A stretch of 64,000 nt of DNA from Eledone cirrhosa (Eukaryota), in NCBI GenBank assembly GCA_964016885.1, contig OZ024741.1, positions 266,352,001 to 266,416,000 of the forward strand, written 5' to 3'. The position numbers and the translations under genes were made by a program. A model generated the notes under the pieces. The model saw only the letters and a program-made list of their open reading frames with translations, had not been told where the DNA came from and did no database searches. Every line of letters begins with the position of its first letter. Positions within the stretch are counted from its first letter, which is position 1. Below are positions 12,893 through 26,460 of the stretch, in pieces.

Positions 12893-13340
12893 CGATATTA
12901 AACAAATGGAAACTATATTTATAAAACCATATTTATTTCATTATACATATTTCAGGGATACCATATTAAAAATATGGCATGCCTTCGTCAGATAAAATAC
13001 AATATATAAACAGTTTTATAAATAATTTTGACGTACCATAATATAAGCGACCATTAAATTAGGAGGCTGCCAAGGTAGCCTCCTAATTTAATGGTCGCTT
13101 ATATTATGGTACGTCAAAATTATTTATAAAACTGTTTATATATTGTATTTTATCTGACGAAGGCATGCCATATTTTTAATATGGTATCCCTGAAATAAAT
13201 ATGGTTTTATAAATATAGTTTCCATTTGTTTAATATCGTATATCTACTCCAAAAACTTGTTGAGTGCTTTATTTATATCAGTTATAAAATATTTACTTGT
13301 TGTAACCCAACAATTTTAAATAAATTTTAAATAAAACTTT
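12888..13340. mobile_element. Fold-back (palindromic) hammerhead element in (TA)n, with unique 3' tail
   Basis: Arms 12888-13071 and 13074-13243, tail to about 13340, TA tracts on both sides, homologous to the 53180 element. Confidence 0.8.
12934..12999 (-). ncRNA. Type I hammerhead ribozyme motif (left arm of palindrome)
   Basis: TATTTTAT-CTGACGA-AGGCATGCCATATT.TTT.AATATGGTATCCCT-GAA-ATATGTAT-A-ATGAAATA. Confidence 0.75.
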
Positions 13341-13389
<49 letters not shown>

Positions 13390-13436
13390 GTACATATATA
13401 TCATCCTCATTGTTTTAACGATGATGATATACATAC

Positions 13437-13479
<43 letters not shown>

Positions 13480-13529
13480 TCTCCTTGTCTCTTTAACACA
13501 TTATATCAATATTTCTCTGTATTTCACAG

Positions 13530-13625
13530 TCACTGGTGATGAACGAGCAATGTCCAGTACAGTATGTGACGTACAACCAAAGCAAACGGGACACGACATC
13601 AGAAGATGATGAGGGAGGCTACTGA
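13530..13625 (+). CDS. SLC18A2: VMAT terminal coding exon (cytoplasmic tail)
   Basis: cacag|TCA CTG...TAC TGA, SLVMNEQCPVQYVTYNQSKRDTTSEDDEGGY*, phase 0 after KEEKM, acidic C-terminus as in VMATs. Confidence 0.88.
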   Translation, partial: SLVMNEQCPVQYVTYNQSKRDTTSEDDEGGY

Positions 13626-13756
13626 GGGTTGTTGTGTCCGCTGTACCCTGTTGTGCTTTCACTGAGTCTGAGGGGTTTGGGGGAAAATACTAAATATAAA
13701 TATTTATATAATATATATTATATATATATATATGATATGTATATATATGATATATA

Positions 13757-13791
<35 letters not shown>

Positions 13792-14199
13792 AATGATTAT
13801 AAATGATTGTCATCTGCAACAATAGCAACAACAATGGCACAAAAACCAAGCAAACACAATAGCAATAAGAACAACTATTTACACATACACACATACGCAC
13901 ATACATACACATACATACACACACACAAGCATATGCACATATATACATACACACATACAAGCGCACATACATACACACACATACATACATATGCACATAC
14001 ATGCATACATACATACATACGTATATACATATATTTTACACATCAACAACAACACTAACAACAACAATAGCAACAACAATAACAACAACAATGCTACAAA
14101 AATCAAACACAATAGCAGAAAGAATAACACATATAAGTACCCCCACCCCCCAAAAAAAACACAACTCACACAACATACACTCTACATGATTAATACTGA

Positions 14200-14810
14200 A
14201 TAAACTAACACACCTTACATTACACATACCACACAACAGAGAACACACTAAAATAACACAACTTACATTACACATACCACACAACAGAGGACACACTAAA
14301 ATAACACAACTTACATTACACATTACACACAACAGAGAGCACTAAAATAACACACCTTACATTATACATACCACACAACAGAGAGCACTAAAATAACACA
14401 ACTTACATTACACATTCCACACAACAGAGAGCACTAAAATAACACACCTTACATTACACATTCTACACAACAGAGAACACACTAAAATAACACACCTTAC
14501 ATTATACATACCACACAACAGAGAACACACTAAAATCACATACCACACAACAGAGAACACACCTTACATTACACATACCACACAACAGAGAACACACTAA
14601 AATAACACAACTTACATTACACATACCACACAACAGAGAACACACTAAAATAACACAACTTACATTACACATTCCACACAACAGAGAGCACTAAAATAAC
14701 AATTTACATTACAGAGAACACACTAAAATAACACACCTTACATTACACATACCACACAACAAACATTAAAATAACACACCTTACATTACACATTACACTC
14801 AACACAACAT
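14200..14810. repeat. ~48-bp AC-rich minisatellite downstream of the VMAT stop
   Basis: Unit cacaacagagaacacactaaaataacacaacttacattacacatacca. Confidence 0.88.
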
Positions 14811-15352
14811 GTACTAAAGTAAGACAAGAAACAGCAAATCCAAGCCCCATAACACATCAAAACTGAGGCAGTATATTCTAACAGGAAGAGTATATACTCC
14901 ACCCCACCTCCACCTTAACCAAATATGAACACACAACTCTGCAGACACACCAGGAACATTGAGGCACTCCTGATGATGCAGAAGTTAGCACAGAAATAAT
15001 GAATAATAATAGTAATACCAAATAGGACGGCACTGTAGGCTGTAGATGGCAGGCCCGCTACTCATGTAAGAATCCGGGACTGCTAATAATAGTAATAACA
15101 ATAAATAGGTGCTCTGAGAATGATAAAAAAACACAGACAAATACATAACCAAACCCCAAAACTTACAAATATATACAGCATACAAAAGATAGCACAACTA
15201 GGCATGCACACATATGAAAAGTACTATCAATACAATAGAAATAACATCAGCAAAAACTATACTGCTCATACCCAAGGTGCACAGAGCTGTTCTGTGTAAG
15301 GCAGTAATGATGCGCAATAAAAATAATAATAATAATAATGATAATAATTATA

Positions 15353-15600
15353 GGGTGTGGGGGAAAAAAACACGAAAATCATACCAATATTGATAGGAGC
15401 ATTAGGATAAGCCACCAAAAACTTAGAATGTTATTTGAAGGAAAATTGGCATTTCACTAATTATAACAATTCCACAAAAATCTGTTTTGTTGTGGGGGAA
15501 CTGTGAACATTCTGAGCAAAGTGATTTCAATCTGAGGTCATTTGACTTGATTGGGAAATTAAACATCAACACCAGTCTAAAAACTGAGTAGACTTGCAAT
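15353..15600 (+). mobile_element. R4/Dong-like non-LTR element 3' fragment in (AAT)n
   Basis: KIIPILIGALG...QKSVLL/GTVNILSKV, flanked by AAT repeats. Confidence 0.65.
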
Positions 15601-15679
15601 AATAATAATAATAATGCTGTCGATATAAGTATCTCACTTGTGTGAACATATAATTTTTTTTTCTTTCTGAACATGGCAA

Positions 15680-16832
15680 AACTTGGTGTCTCTTGAGCTC
15701 ACTGGATGTGACTTGGTGATAACTTGGTGTCTCTTGAGCTCACTAGATGTGACTTGGTGATAACTTGGTGTCTCTTGAGCTCACTGGATGTGACTTGGTG
15801 ATAACTTGGTGTCTCTTGAGATCACTGGATGTGACTTGGTGATAACTTGGTGTCTCTTGAGCTCACTGGATGTGACTTGGTGATAACTTGGTGTCTCTTG
15901 AGCTCACTGGATGTGACTTGGTGATAACTTGGTGTCTCTTGAGATCACTGGATGTGACTTGGTGATAACTCGGTGTCTCTTGAGATCACTGGATAGGACT
16001 TGGTGGTAACTTGGTGTCTCTTGAGCTCACTGGATGTGACTTGGTGATAACTTGGTGTCTCTTGAGCTCACTGGATGTGACTTGGTGATAACTTGGTGTC
16101 TCTTGAGATCACTGGATGTGACTTGGTGATAACTTGGTGTCTCTTGAGCTCACTGGATGTGACTTGGTGATAACTTGGTGTCTCTTGAGCTCACTGGATG
16201 TGACTTGGTGATAACTTGGTGTCTCTTGAGATCACTGGATGTGACTTGGTGATAACTCGGTGTCTCTTGAGATCACTGGATAGGACTTGGTGGTAACTTG
16301 GTGTCTCTTGAGCTCACTGGATGTGACTTGGTGATAACTTGGTGTCTCTTGAGCTCACTGGATGTGACTTGGTGGTAACTTGGTGTCTCTTGAGATCACT
16401 GGATGTGACTTGGTGATAACTTGGTGTCTCTTGAGATCACTGGATGTGACTTGGTGATAACTCGGTGTCTCTTGAGATCACTGGATGTGACTTGGTGATA
16501 ACTTGGTGTCTCTTGAGATCACTGGATGTGACTTGGTGATAACTTGGTGTCTCTTGAGCTCACTGGATGTGACTTGGTGATAACTTGGTGTCTCTTGAGC
16601 TCACTAGATGTGACTTGGTGATAACTTGGTGTCTCTTGAGCTCACTGGATGTGACTTGGTGATAACTTGGTGTCTCTTGAGCTCACTGGATGTGACTTGG
16701 TGATAACTTGGTGTCTCTTGAGCTCACTAGATGTGACTTGGTGATAACTTGGTGTCTCTTGAGCTCACTGGATGTGACTTGGTGATAACTTGGTGTCTCT
16801 TGAGATCACTGGATAGGACTTGGTGGTAACTT
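15680..16832. repeat. 41-bp minisatellite, about 28 copies
   Basis: Unit aacttggtgtctcttgagctcactggatgtgacttggtgat, head-to-tail, no spacers. Confidence 0.95.
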
Positions 16833-16879
16833 GTATGAACATAAAGCAAAATAATAATAATAATGATAATAATAATGAT

Positions 16880-17130
16880 AGGTACCCATTGTGGTTAGCA
16901 CACTGGGAGCAGTTAGTAGAAGGTTAGATGTATGGCTTGAGAAGCTAGGAATTGCCACCAGAACAGGATTATAGCAGAAAACAGCCTTGCTGGGAACAGC
17001 TAGAATTCTAAGGAAGGTGTTGGAAAGTTGAAGGAGAAGGAATGACCCAAAGGACATTTGGCCATTGGATATGTCTCGCTCTTTTAGTATAATGTTGGTA
17101 TAACATCTGCCAGAACGAAAGCGCTATGAA
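16880..17130 (+). mobile_element. R4/Dong-like non-LTR element 3' fragment in (AAT)n
   Basis: VPIVVSTLGAVSRRLDVWLEKLG...QKTALLGTARILRKVLES*, TAA repeats on both sides. Confidence 0.75.
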
Positions 17131-17529
17131 TAATAATATAATGATAATAATAATGATGATTTCTTTATTCCCCACAAGGGTTTATATCAAGAAAAACATT
17201 ATGATGACACAGGACAAAAACATAGTGTGTGTATGTGTGTGTGTGTTGGTGTGTGTGTTTTGCATGAAAACAAATTTTAACAATGTAAAAAAGGAAAGAT
17301 AATAAAAAATTAAAACAAAGAAGATTCGTTAATAGGCAGGAAACATTCGAGGGTCACTCGTGGAAAAAAACACCATAAAACCGCAGGTAATAATTGTTTC
17401 TACTTTTGGCACAAGGCCATCAATTACCCAGTACATTACTGGTACTTTATTTTATCGACCCTGTAAGGATGAACCACAGGTAATAATGATAAAGTTTTGC
17501 ATATGCAGCCATATTTTAAACAGAGAAGT

Positions 17530-17989
17530 ATTGCAGTCTATTGCATTACCAGTAATATATATGTGTGTGTGTATATATATATATATTTGTTTTGCAAAGT
17601 TTTTGATATGAAATCGTGTGTCGAAACAAATATTGTTATACTTGGGGAAGGTCATATTTGTGTAATAATATTGCCAGAATTAATAACAGAACACACTCAC
17701 TGTTTGGTTGAATGGCGTAGGCATACAATACAACAGGAGGAAACATAATAGCACCACTGACGATGTTGCAGATGTGCAACGAAAGAACTTTGTTAGACTA
17801 TATATATGTGTTTGTGTCTATATTATATCTGGATTTTTGACCGTTGGTCAGTCAATGGTAACATTGAGGACTGAATAAATTAAATTAACCGATATAAAAG
17901 ACACAGAAGCGAAAACCAACCAAACAGTGAGTGTGTTCTGTTATTAATTCTGGCAATATTATTACACAAATATGACCCTCCCCAAGTAT

Positions 17990-17997
<8 letters not shown>
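17530..17997. mobile_element. Inverted-repeat element; related sequence at about 18460-18650 and 29050-29165
   Basis: 81-bp arms 17630-17710 and 17917-17997 around a 206-bp spacer, bordered by TA tracts. Confidence 0.65.
17755..17792 (+). ncRNA. Hammerhead-like motif inside an inverted-repeat spacer
   Basis: CA-CTGACGA-T-GTTGCA.GATG.TGCAAC-GAAAG.AA.CT-T-TG, perfect 6-bp stem II, weak stem I. Confidence 0.55.
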
Positions 17998-18031
<34 letters not shown>

Positions 18032-18118
18032 TTAAAAGGTAAACAAAAATAACAACACAATCGGTACAGTATATGGAAGGAATATATTAGTTTAACACTT
18101 GAAATAGCAGGAAGAGGG

Positions 18119-18154
18119 TCTTAACGTTTCGGACACTAGTCCTTCATCAGAAGA
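18119..18154 (-). ncRNA. Minimal type I hammerhead motif (Penelope-type)
   Basis: TCTT-CTGATGA-A-GGAC.TAGT.GTCC-GAA-ACGT-T-AAGA. Degenerate paralogs near 12725 (+), 39180 (-), 53995 (+). Confidence 0.75.
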
Positions 18155-19124
18155 AAGAATAAGAAATTAGATAGATTAAAGGGACAGGCGGGGTGGAATT
18201 GGAAAAAATGTCTTTAGATAAAAAATAACAGATCCATTCATGTTGACATCTATTGGCATGCGTGTGTGTGTGCATGCATTTACATATTCATCATAAAAAT
18301 TCAAAAATCCAACCGGTTTTGTTATTAAGATATTCATAGTAAAGGAGAAAATGTACAGAATCTTTTTTTTGCTATGATAGAAGTCGAATAATCACATATC
18401 CTTCATAGATCTTATATATATTTATTATAAATTTATTATAATAAATTGAAGTGAAAGCAACTGGTGCATGTGTTTCTTATTGGCAACATGACCCTCCCAA
18501 AGTATAACAATATCGGTTTCAACACACGATTTCAGATAAAGAATCTTGCTAAACAAATTCAGAAACGAAATATATATATATATATATATATATATTCTGT
18601 GTATATATATCCCAATATATTACTGGTAGTAATTTCTATAGATTCCCGGTGTAATTGTACTTAATTTATTGACAATCAAATGTCTTAGCTGGATTTAACT
18701 CTTGGTAATAAATTCACTCGACAACAACAGCAATGAAACTAGGATTATTATTATTATTATTATTATTATTTTCCTTGGGTATCTATATCTTCACATACAT
18801 CCCACTGGGCCTCAACCAGGGGCTTGGGGTGGGTGATGGTTTGTTATGACATATTTTTCCAGTTCCACAGATAACTGATTGTTACAAAATATATAATATA
18901 TAAAGTGTACCCTTTTGTCCGTGGGTACAACGTGGTTTGCCCTCCCAACAATACATTGACAATGCTCTTCGCAAAAATGTGTGCAGTACTAGTAAGCCCG
19001 ATTTTTTTTTCATTTCTTTTATACAAGGTTTAACTGACATGTGGTCCAAGAATTTGCCAGTTCCCTTGTTTATCAGGCCCTGAGCTCCAACTAGAATAGT
19101 TATGACTTACGTTATTATTATTAG

Positions 19125-19570
19125 GGCAGGGGATTGGCAGTATTGGTAGAGCGTTGGACAATATGCTATGCAGCATATACTTACAGCCAAATCCCGTCGA
19201 GGCTCGCTTTACCTTTCATCCTTACGGGGTTGATAAAATGAAGTACCAGTAACACACTAGAGTCAATTTAATTGACTTTCCTCTCCCCCAAAATTGCTGG
19301 CCTTGTGCCTAAATCAGAAACCATTATTATTAGTCGGACGCCATGCTTTGACGTATAGAGTTACGGCCCTTTCCATTCTGAGTTCAAATCCCGCCGAGGT
19401 TAACTTTGCCTTTCATCCTTACGGGGTCGATAAAATAAAGTACCAGTAATGTACTGGGTAATTGCTGGCCTTGTGCCAAAAGTAGAAACAATTATTATTA
19501 TTATTATCAGGGCAGTAGATTGGCAATATCAGTAGAACGTTGGACACCATGCTTTGCGACAGAGTTATGC
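19125..19570 (+). mobile_element. Tandem SINE family 1 copies separated by (ATT)n
   Basis: Repeated central domain and tails. Confidence 0.8.
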
Positions 19571-19974
19571 CCCTTCAACCATATCATGTCAAAGTATTTG
19601 TAATATAAACCACACAGAGTTTATTTGATGTGTTTCTAACTCCGGTGAAAGCTGTACTTGGCACTAAAATAACTTTTTATTTGTTTATTTATCTATTTAT
19701 TTATTGTTTATTTGCTAGGTTTGAAGGCAGGGTCGGTGACCATAAATCTTCCATCTTCTCCCTCTATCCACAAACTGGAGGAAAGGTCTATGGGTTTGAT
19801 CTTTGTGGCTCTCTAGCCCCAACCCCACTCCACCCAGATGGAAAAGGGTCTGTGGACCTGATCTTTGCAGCCCCTCACCCCACTAAGCTGTAGTTCTGAT
19901 CTTTGTAGCCCCCACTACCCACCCCACTTAACTGGAAGAAGAGTTTGTGGTCCTGACCTTTTTTAGGCCCTCAA

Positions 19975-20450
19975 AGACTGCTGTGCTTGATGGTGTTGAT
20001 TTTTAGTTTAAATTGTTGCAGGTTGACTCCTGCAGGAATGGCATTTGCAGGGAGAGAATTCCAGGGGAATGATGTTCTGTGGAAGGAGGACAGGGAGTAG
20101 TAGTAGTTAGGGGGGAGGGGTCTGAGAGATTGGGCATAATATGGGTGACAAGGGGGAAAGAGATGGGTGAGGTGAGAATGCCTAAATAGAGATGGCATGT
20201 GGCCAGCCAGCTCTGAATAGCAGAGGTTTTTATAGTAGCAGAAGAAAAGGTAGAGAGATGGGACAGAAGATCTGTGGGTCAGAGGCTGGAGCATGTCTGT
20301 CAGGGACTTTATGCCAATGAGTCAAGTGGACATTTTCTGGATATGGTACAAGATATATATGTTTGGAAGCAGCATTGTCCAAAAATGTGGGAGCAATAGT
20401 CTCTTGTGGGAAGGACCTTAACTGAACCATGTAATCCCACCTGGAATTGA
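19975..20450 (-). mobile_element. CR1/L2/Jockey-group LINE 3' fragment
   Basis: LQPLTHR...SLYLFFCYY...SSFHRTSFPWNSLP...NLQQFKLKIN. Confidence 0.72.
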
Positions 20451-21179
20451 TTAAAAAAAAGAAGAAAAACTCAAAACACAAAATGGCAGAAAAGTTTTTT
20501 AAACTTAACTCTTGATTCCAGCTAAGCCAAAATTATCTCTGATTCTATGAAACCATTAATTTTAAAAGGTTCCTATTTAAATTTAAATCTTCCAACAATT
20601 TTATATAAGAACCATGTTAAGTAGCTATCTTTGTAATGAAATAATTCATATATCAGAACCATATTTCAAGTAACTATCTTAGTAATGAAATAATTAATAA
20701 TTTTAGTAAATAAATTGAAATAGAGCATATTTAATTAGAAAAATGGTTACAATAAGGTTTTTTAACATTTGAAAGATAAAGAAGTGTTTTTGACCGTTGC
20801 CATAGTAGTCACATATTGTATACAATAGTTTGTGTGACATGCAATGTTTAGAACATAATATCACAAAATATTTAGCTTCCTTCAGTTAGTTTTAAAATAG
20901 GCTACAAATACTTAATTTATTGGCTGTTGTATACCACCTATGTGATAAAACAGTTGTTGTTATTGTTACTGTTGTTGGTACTCTTGTTGGTGTTACTGTT
21001 ATTATTGTTATTGCTGTTGTTACTTAATCTATGCCAAACACTATAGCAAAGTGTAAAGTTCTGGTGGCCTTATGCCAATGTTACAAACCATTATTGTTAT
21101 TATTATTATCATTGATGTTGTTGTTGTTGTTAGTGGTGGTGGTATTACTACTATTAGGCAATAAAGAAATCATTATTAT

Positions 21180-21970
21180 TGGTGAATTGGCAGTATCGAT
21201 AGAGGGTCGGACATGCTTTCCAGCATAGTTACGTCCCCTTACGATCTGAGTTCAAATCCTGCCGAGGTTAACTTTGCCTTTCATCCTTACGGGGTCGATA
21301 AAATAAAGTACCAGTAACGTACTGAGTAATTGCTGACCTTGTGCCAAATGTAGAAACAATTATTATTATTATTAGATCAATTTTGCCATTCATTCTTCTG
21401 ATGTCCATGAAATAAAACACCAGTCAAATACAGGGATCAATTTAATCAACTAATCACTCCTCACAATAATTGCTGGTCTTGTGTATATGTTAGAAATTAA
21501 TATTATCATTATTATCATTTGGCAGTATCGGTAGAGCGTCAGACACCATGCATCGTGGCAGAGAGTTTGTTCTGAGTTCAAATTCCACCGAGGTTAGCTT
21601 TGCCTTTCATCCTTACGGGGTTGATAAAATAAAGTACCAGTAATGCACTGGGGTTGATTTAATCGACTTTCTCCTCCCCCAAAATTGCTGGCCTTGTGCC
21701 TAAATCAGAAACCATTATTATTATCATAATTAATGTTCCCCTAAGACTCTTGTATTGGCAGAATCTTTAGAGTGAAAGATAAATTACCTAGAATATATCT
21801 GGCACTTAATTACTCAGTTAAAATCCTACCCAGGGCAACTTTGCCTTTCGTCCTTCTAGGGTCGATAAAATAATGTAGCAGTTACATACTGGTGTCAACT
21901 TAGACATTCACTCTTCCGAGGTGATGAAATGACATACCAGTCATGCAATGGGGTTCATGTAATCAATTTT
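21180..21970 (+). mobile_element. Tandem SINE family 1 copies
   Basis: At least four copies of the central domain. Confidence 0.8.
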
Positions 21971-22121
21971 CTGACATATAAACACATACATCTGTAGAAA
22001 TTAACACACATGTAAACACATTTGAATATATACTTATACTCTAACATAACCACTCAATACATACATGCATACATACGTACGTACACACTCACACACACAT
22101 ATACATATATGCATCTTGAGA

Positions 22122-22560
22122 CTGGCGGCTCAAAGGAATATTGGTGGAACTTAAAAATAAAATTCACTGCCAAATTAAAACACAACTGGCCTGATATTGT
22201 TGTTTGGGACCACACATTAAAAACATGTTCTGTTCTAAAGGTCAGCTGCCCACACAATTTCAATATTGTAAGAAAAATGCAAGAGGAAGATATCTACGGA
22301 CCTTTGATGAGTTTGCAAATCAAGTACTTAAGATACATGTTCAGCTTCATACCGGTTATTACCGGAGCTATAGGTTATATACCAACTCACCTGGACCAAA
22401 GTATGACTGAACTTGGTTTTGTCGAAAAAGAACACAGCTACTTAATTCATTATCTACAAGCGGTTGCAATATCTGAAACCTTTAAATTCTGTAAAACATT
22501 CTTACAATTCACAGAATAACCGATTTTGCAAGGGCCAATGAAATTTTCCTTTTCTTACAA
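22122..22560 (+). mobile_element. Restriction-like endonuclease (REL) non-LTR element fragment
   Basis: WWN...KHNWPDIVVWD...VSCP...FIPVITGAIG, REL domain of R4-like elements. Confidence 0.75.
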
Positions 22561-23649
22561 ACTTGACACCAGGAAGATAGCTAATTAAAAATAAACTCCA
22601 AATTCAGAAAAAAAGAACACCATACATACATACACACAGACACATACATACATACACACACACTCAAATAAATACATATATTTCTAAATACATATATACA
22701 CCAATACATATAAACATACTTCCATACAAACTTACATACATACGACAAACACAAATATATATAAAGATACATACACACATACATAGATACCTACATATTT
22801 ACATAAACATACATATATACATATACACACAGTCATATATATATATATATATACACAGACATACACACACATATATATACATGCATACAAACACACGCAT
22901 ATACATACATACAAACACACGCATATACATACATAAATACACACACATATGTATATATATATATACATGCACATACACATATATACATACATGCATACAT
23001 ATATATACATACATATATATATACATACATATATACACACACACATTCACATATATACATACATGCATACATATATATATATATACATACATATACATAC
23101 ACACATATATATATATATATATACGTATATCCATATGTAAACGTATACACAACCAGATATAATGAAAACAAAACAAAAACAAACATAGAACAAAAAATAA
23201 TTTACAGATTTCCAAAGATAACTTCCATAATGTTTTACTTGTTATACTGTTACAGAGTCTGTTTACCTGTATGTTTTACCTGTTAATTACTATTGGTCGT
23301 AGACGCTGGAATACTGTATGTAATATTGAAAAAAAAAAAAAAAAATTTAGAAGTTGGGCTTCCCCACCCCTCCCCTTCCTCATCTCATAGGCATCGTCTT
23401 CGTTTGACTAGAAAATTTGGTAACAAGACTGAGACACAAGGAAAAGATATTTTCTTACATATATATATATATGTGTGTGTGTGTTTATATATATATATAT
23501 ATATATATACATATGTGTATGTCTGTGTGTTTGTATAAATATGTATGTAGGTAGGTATATATTTATATATGATATATATATATATATCATATATATATAT
23601 CGTCCAAACCCATGCAAGCGTGGAAGATGGACGTTAAACGATGATGATG

Positions 23650-23972
23650 ATGATGATATATCATATACATATCTATATATCATATCTATCTGTATATATA
23701 TATCATATCTATCTATATATGCTTGTATATATTTATATATATATATATCATATATATATATATATGCTTGTATATATTTATATATATATATCATATATAT
23801 ATATATATGCTTGTATATATTTATATATATATATCATATATATATATATATATGCTTGTATATATATATATCATATATATATATATATGCTTGTATTCCT
23901 GATGATTTCTAATGAATGAAACAGTTCTAGTCCTGTAGAATCTCTTCTATATTAAAACTATTATACTATGCT

Positions 23973-24005
<33 letters not shown>

Positions 24006-24006
24006 T

Positions 24007-24056
<50 letters not shown>

Positions 24057-24163
24057 TATATATATATATATCATATATATATATATATATCATATATATA
24101 TATATATATATAAGTATATATATATATATGTATATACATATATATATATATATATGTATATAC

Positions 24164-24251
<88 letters not shown>

Positions 24252-24282
24252 GTATATGTATATATATATATGTATATATATG

Positions 24283-24353
<71 letters not shown>

Positions 24354-24450
24354 GTATATATATATATATATGTATATGTATATATATATGTATATATATA
24401 TGTATATGTATATATATATGTATATATATATATATATGTATATGTATATA

Positions 24451-24549
<99 letters not shown>

Positions 24550-24592
24550 GTATATATATGTATATATATATATATATGTATATATATGTATA

Positions 24593-24641
<49 letters not shown>

Positions 24642-24666
24642 GTATATATATATATATGTATATATA

Positions 24667-24701
<35 letters not shown>

Positions 24702-24774
24702 GTATATACATATACATATGTATATACATATGTATATATATATACATATATATAAATGTATATATATATAAATG

Positions 24775-24805
<31 letters not shown>

Positions 24806-25181
24806 GTATATACATATATATATATAATATAAAACGAAAAATCAGTGATACATCTGGACTCAATTTATTGTGTGTTACAGTTGTTTCACCGGCAGACGGC
24901 TCGAGACGCGATCATTGTATGGATCTGTCTGATTCTGGAAACTTTGATCCGGAATTATTGCCAGTGTCCGACGAACCTGCAGTTTCCAGAATCAGACAGA
25001 TCCATACAATGATCGTGTCTCGAGCCGTCTGCCGGTGAAACAACTGTAACACACAATAAATTGAGTCCAGATGTATCACTGATTTTTCGTTTTATATTAT
25101 ATCACACTCTGCTCTGTAAGAACATAGTGCTCAACCGGCATACCGCCTATTGAAGCATCATAGCTACCATCAAACACACAC

Positions 25182-25222
<41 letters not shown>

Positions 25223-25909
25223 TATATAAATACCCAAAAACAAATACACAAATGGAATTATATATAGCATAATAAAAATATACATTATACATGCCTGAGT
25301 TCATAAACACGATATGATATATATATTTATTTATTTATAAATACATGTTTATATATATTCGTGCCTGAATACCGTATATACGCATACTCATATATGTTTG
25401 TATACACATAAGTGCATATATTATATATATATATATATACATATATATAGGTAAATATATATATATAAATATACATATATATAGGTAAATATATATATAT
25501 ATAAATATACATATATATAGGTAAATATATATATATATAAATATACATATATATAGGTAAATATATATATAAATATACATATATAGGTAAATATACATAC
25601 ATATATAGGTAAATATACATACATATATATAAGTATACATATATACATATATATGTTGTATATATATATATATACATATACATATACACGTTGATGATGA
25701 TGATGATGATGATATATATACATATATATATATAAATATACATATATATATATAGGTAAATATATATATAAATATACATATATATATATAGGTAAATATA
25801 TAAATATACATATATATATATATATAGCTAAATATATATATAAATATACATATATATATATATAGCTAAATATATATATAAATATACATATATATATATA
25901 TATAGCTAA

Positions 25910-25940
<31 letters not shown>

Positions 25941-26120
25941 GGTAAATATATATATAAATATACATATATATATATAGGTAAATATATATATAAATATACA
26001 TATATATATATAGGTAAATATATATATAAATATACATATATATATATAGGTAAATATATATATAAATATACATATATATATATATATATATAGGTAAATA
26101 TACATATATATATATATATA

Positions 26121-26162
<42 letters not shown>

Positions 26163-26267
26163 TAAATATATATATATATAAATATACATATATAGGTAAA
26201 TATATATATATATATTTATATATATATATAAATATACATATATATAAATATACATATATAGGTAAAT

Positions 26268-26314
<47 letters not shown>

Positions 26315-26316
26315 TA

Positions 26317-26347
<31 letters not shown>

Positions 26348-26460
26348 GTACATATACGCACATACACACACACACATATATATATAGTTTAAGATACATA
26401 CACACATGACATATATACACATATATTATACATACATACACATATATTTATATACATATA
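23650..26460. repeat. Long (TA)n / (TATG)n complex microsatellite field
   Basis: TA runs with tatg, tatca and taggtaaa variants, interrupted by the 24.8 kb palindrome. Confidence 0.92.
24822..25175. mobile_element. Fold-back element with core-deleted hammerhead in (TA)n
   Basis: 122-bp arms 24822-24943 and 24981-25102, one mismatch, unique tail to about 25175. Confidence 0.75.

Noticed and set aside
15680-16832. CRISPR-like array
   Set aside because: Head-to-tail units with no unique spacers, eukaryotic context, no cas genes. The same applies to the 40, 76 and 119 bp arrays.
22581-26441. Long YI/HI/CV-repeat ORFs
   Set aside because: Translations of (TA)n, (TG)n and (TATG)n microsatellites.
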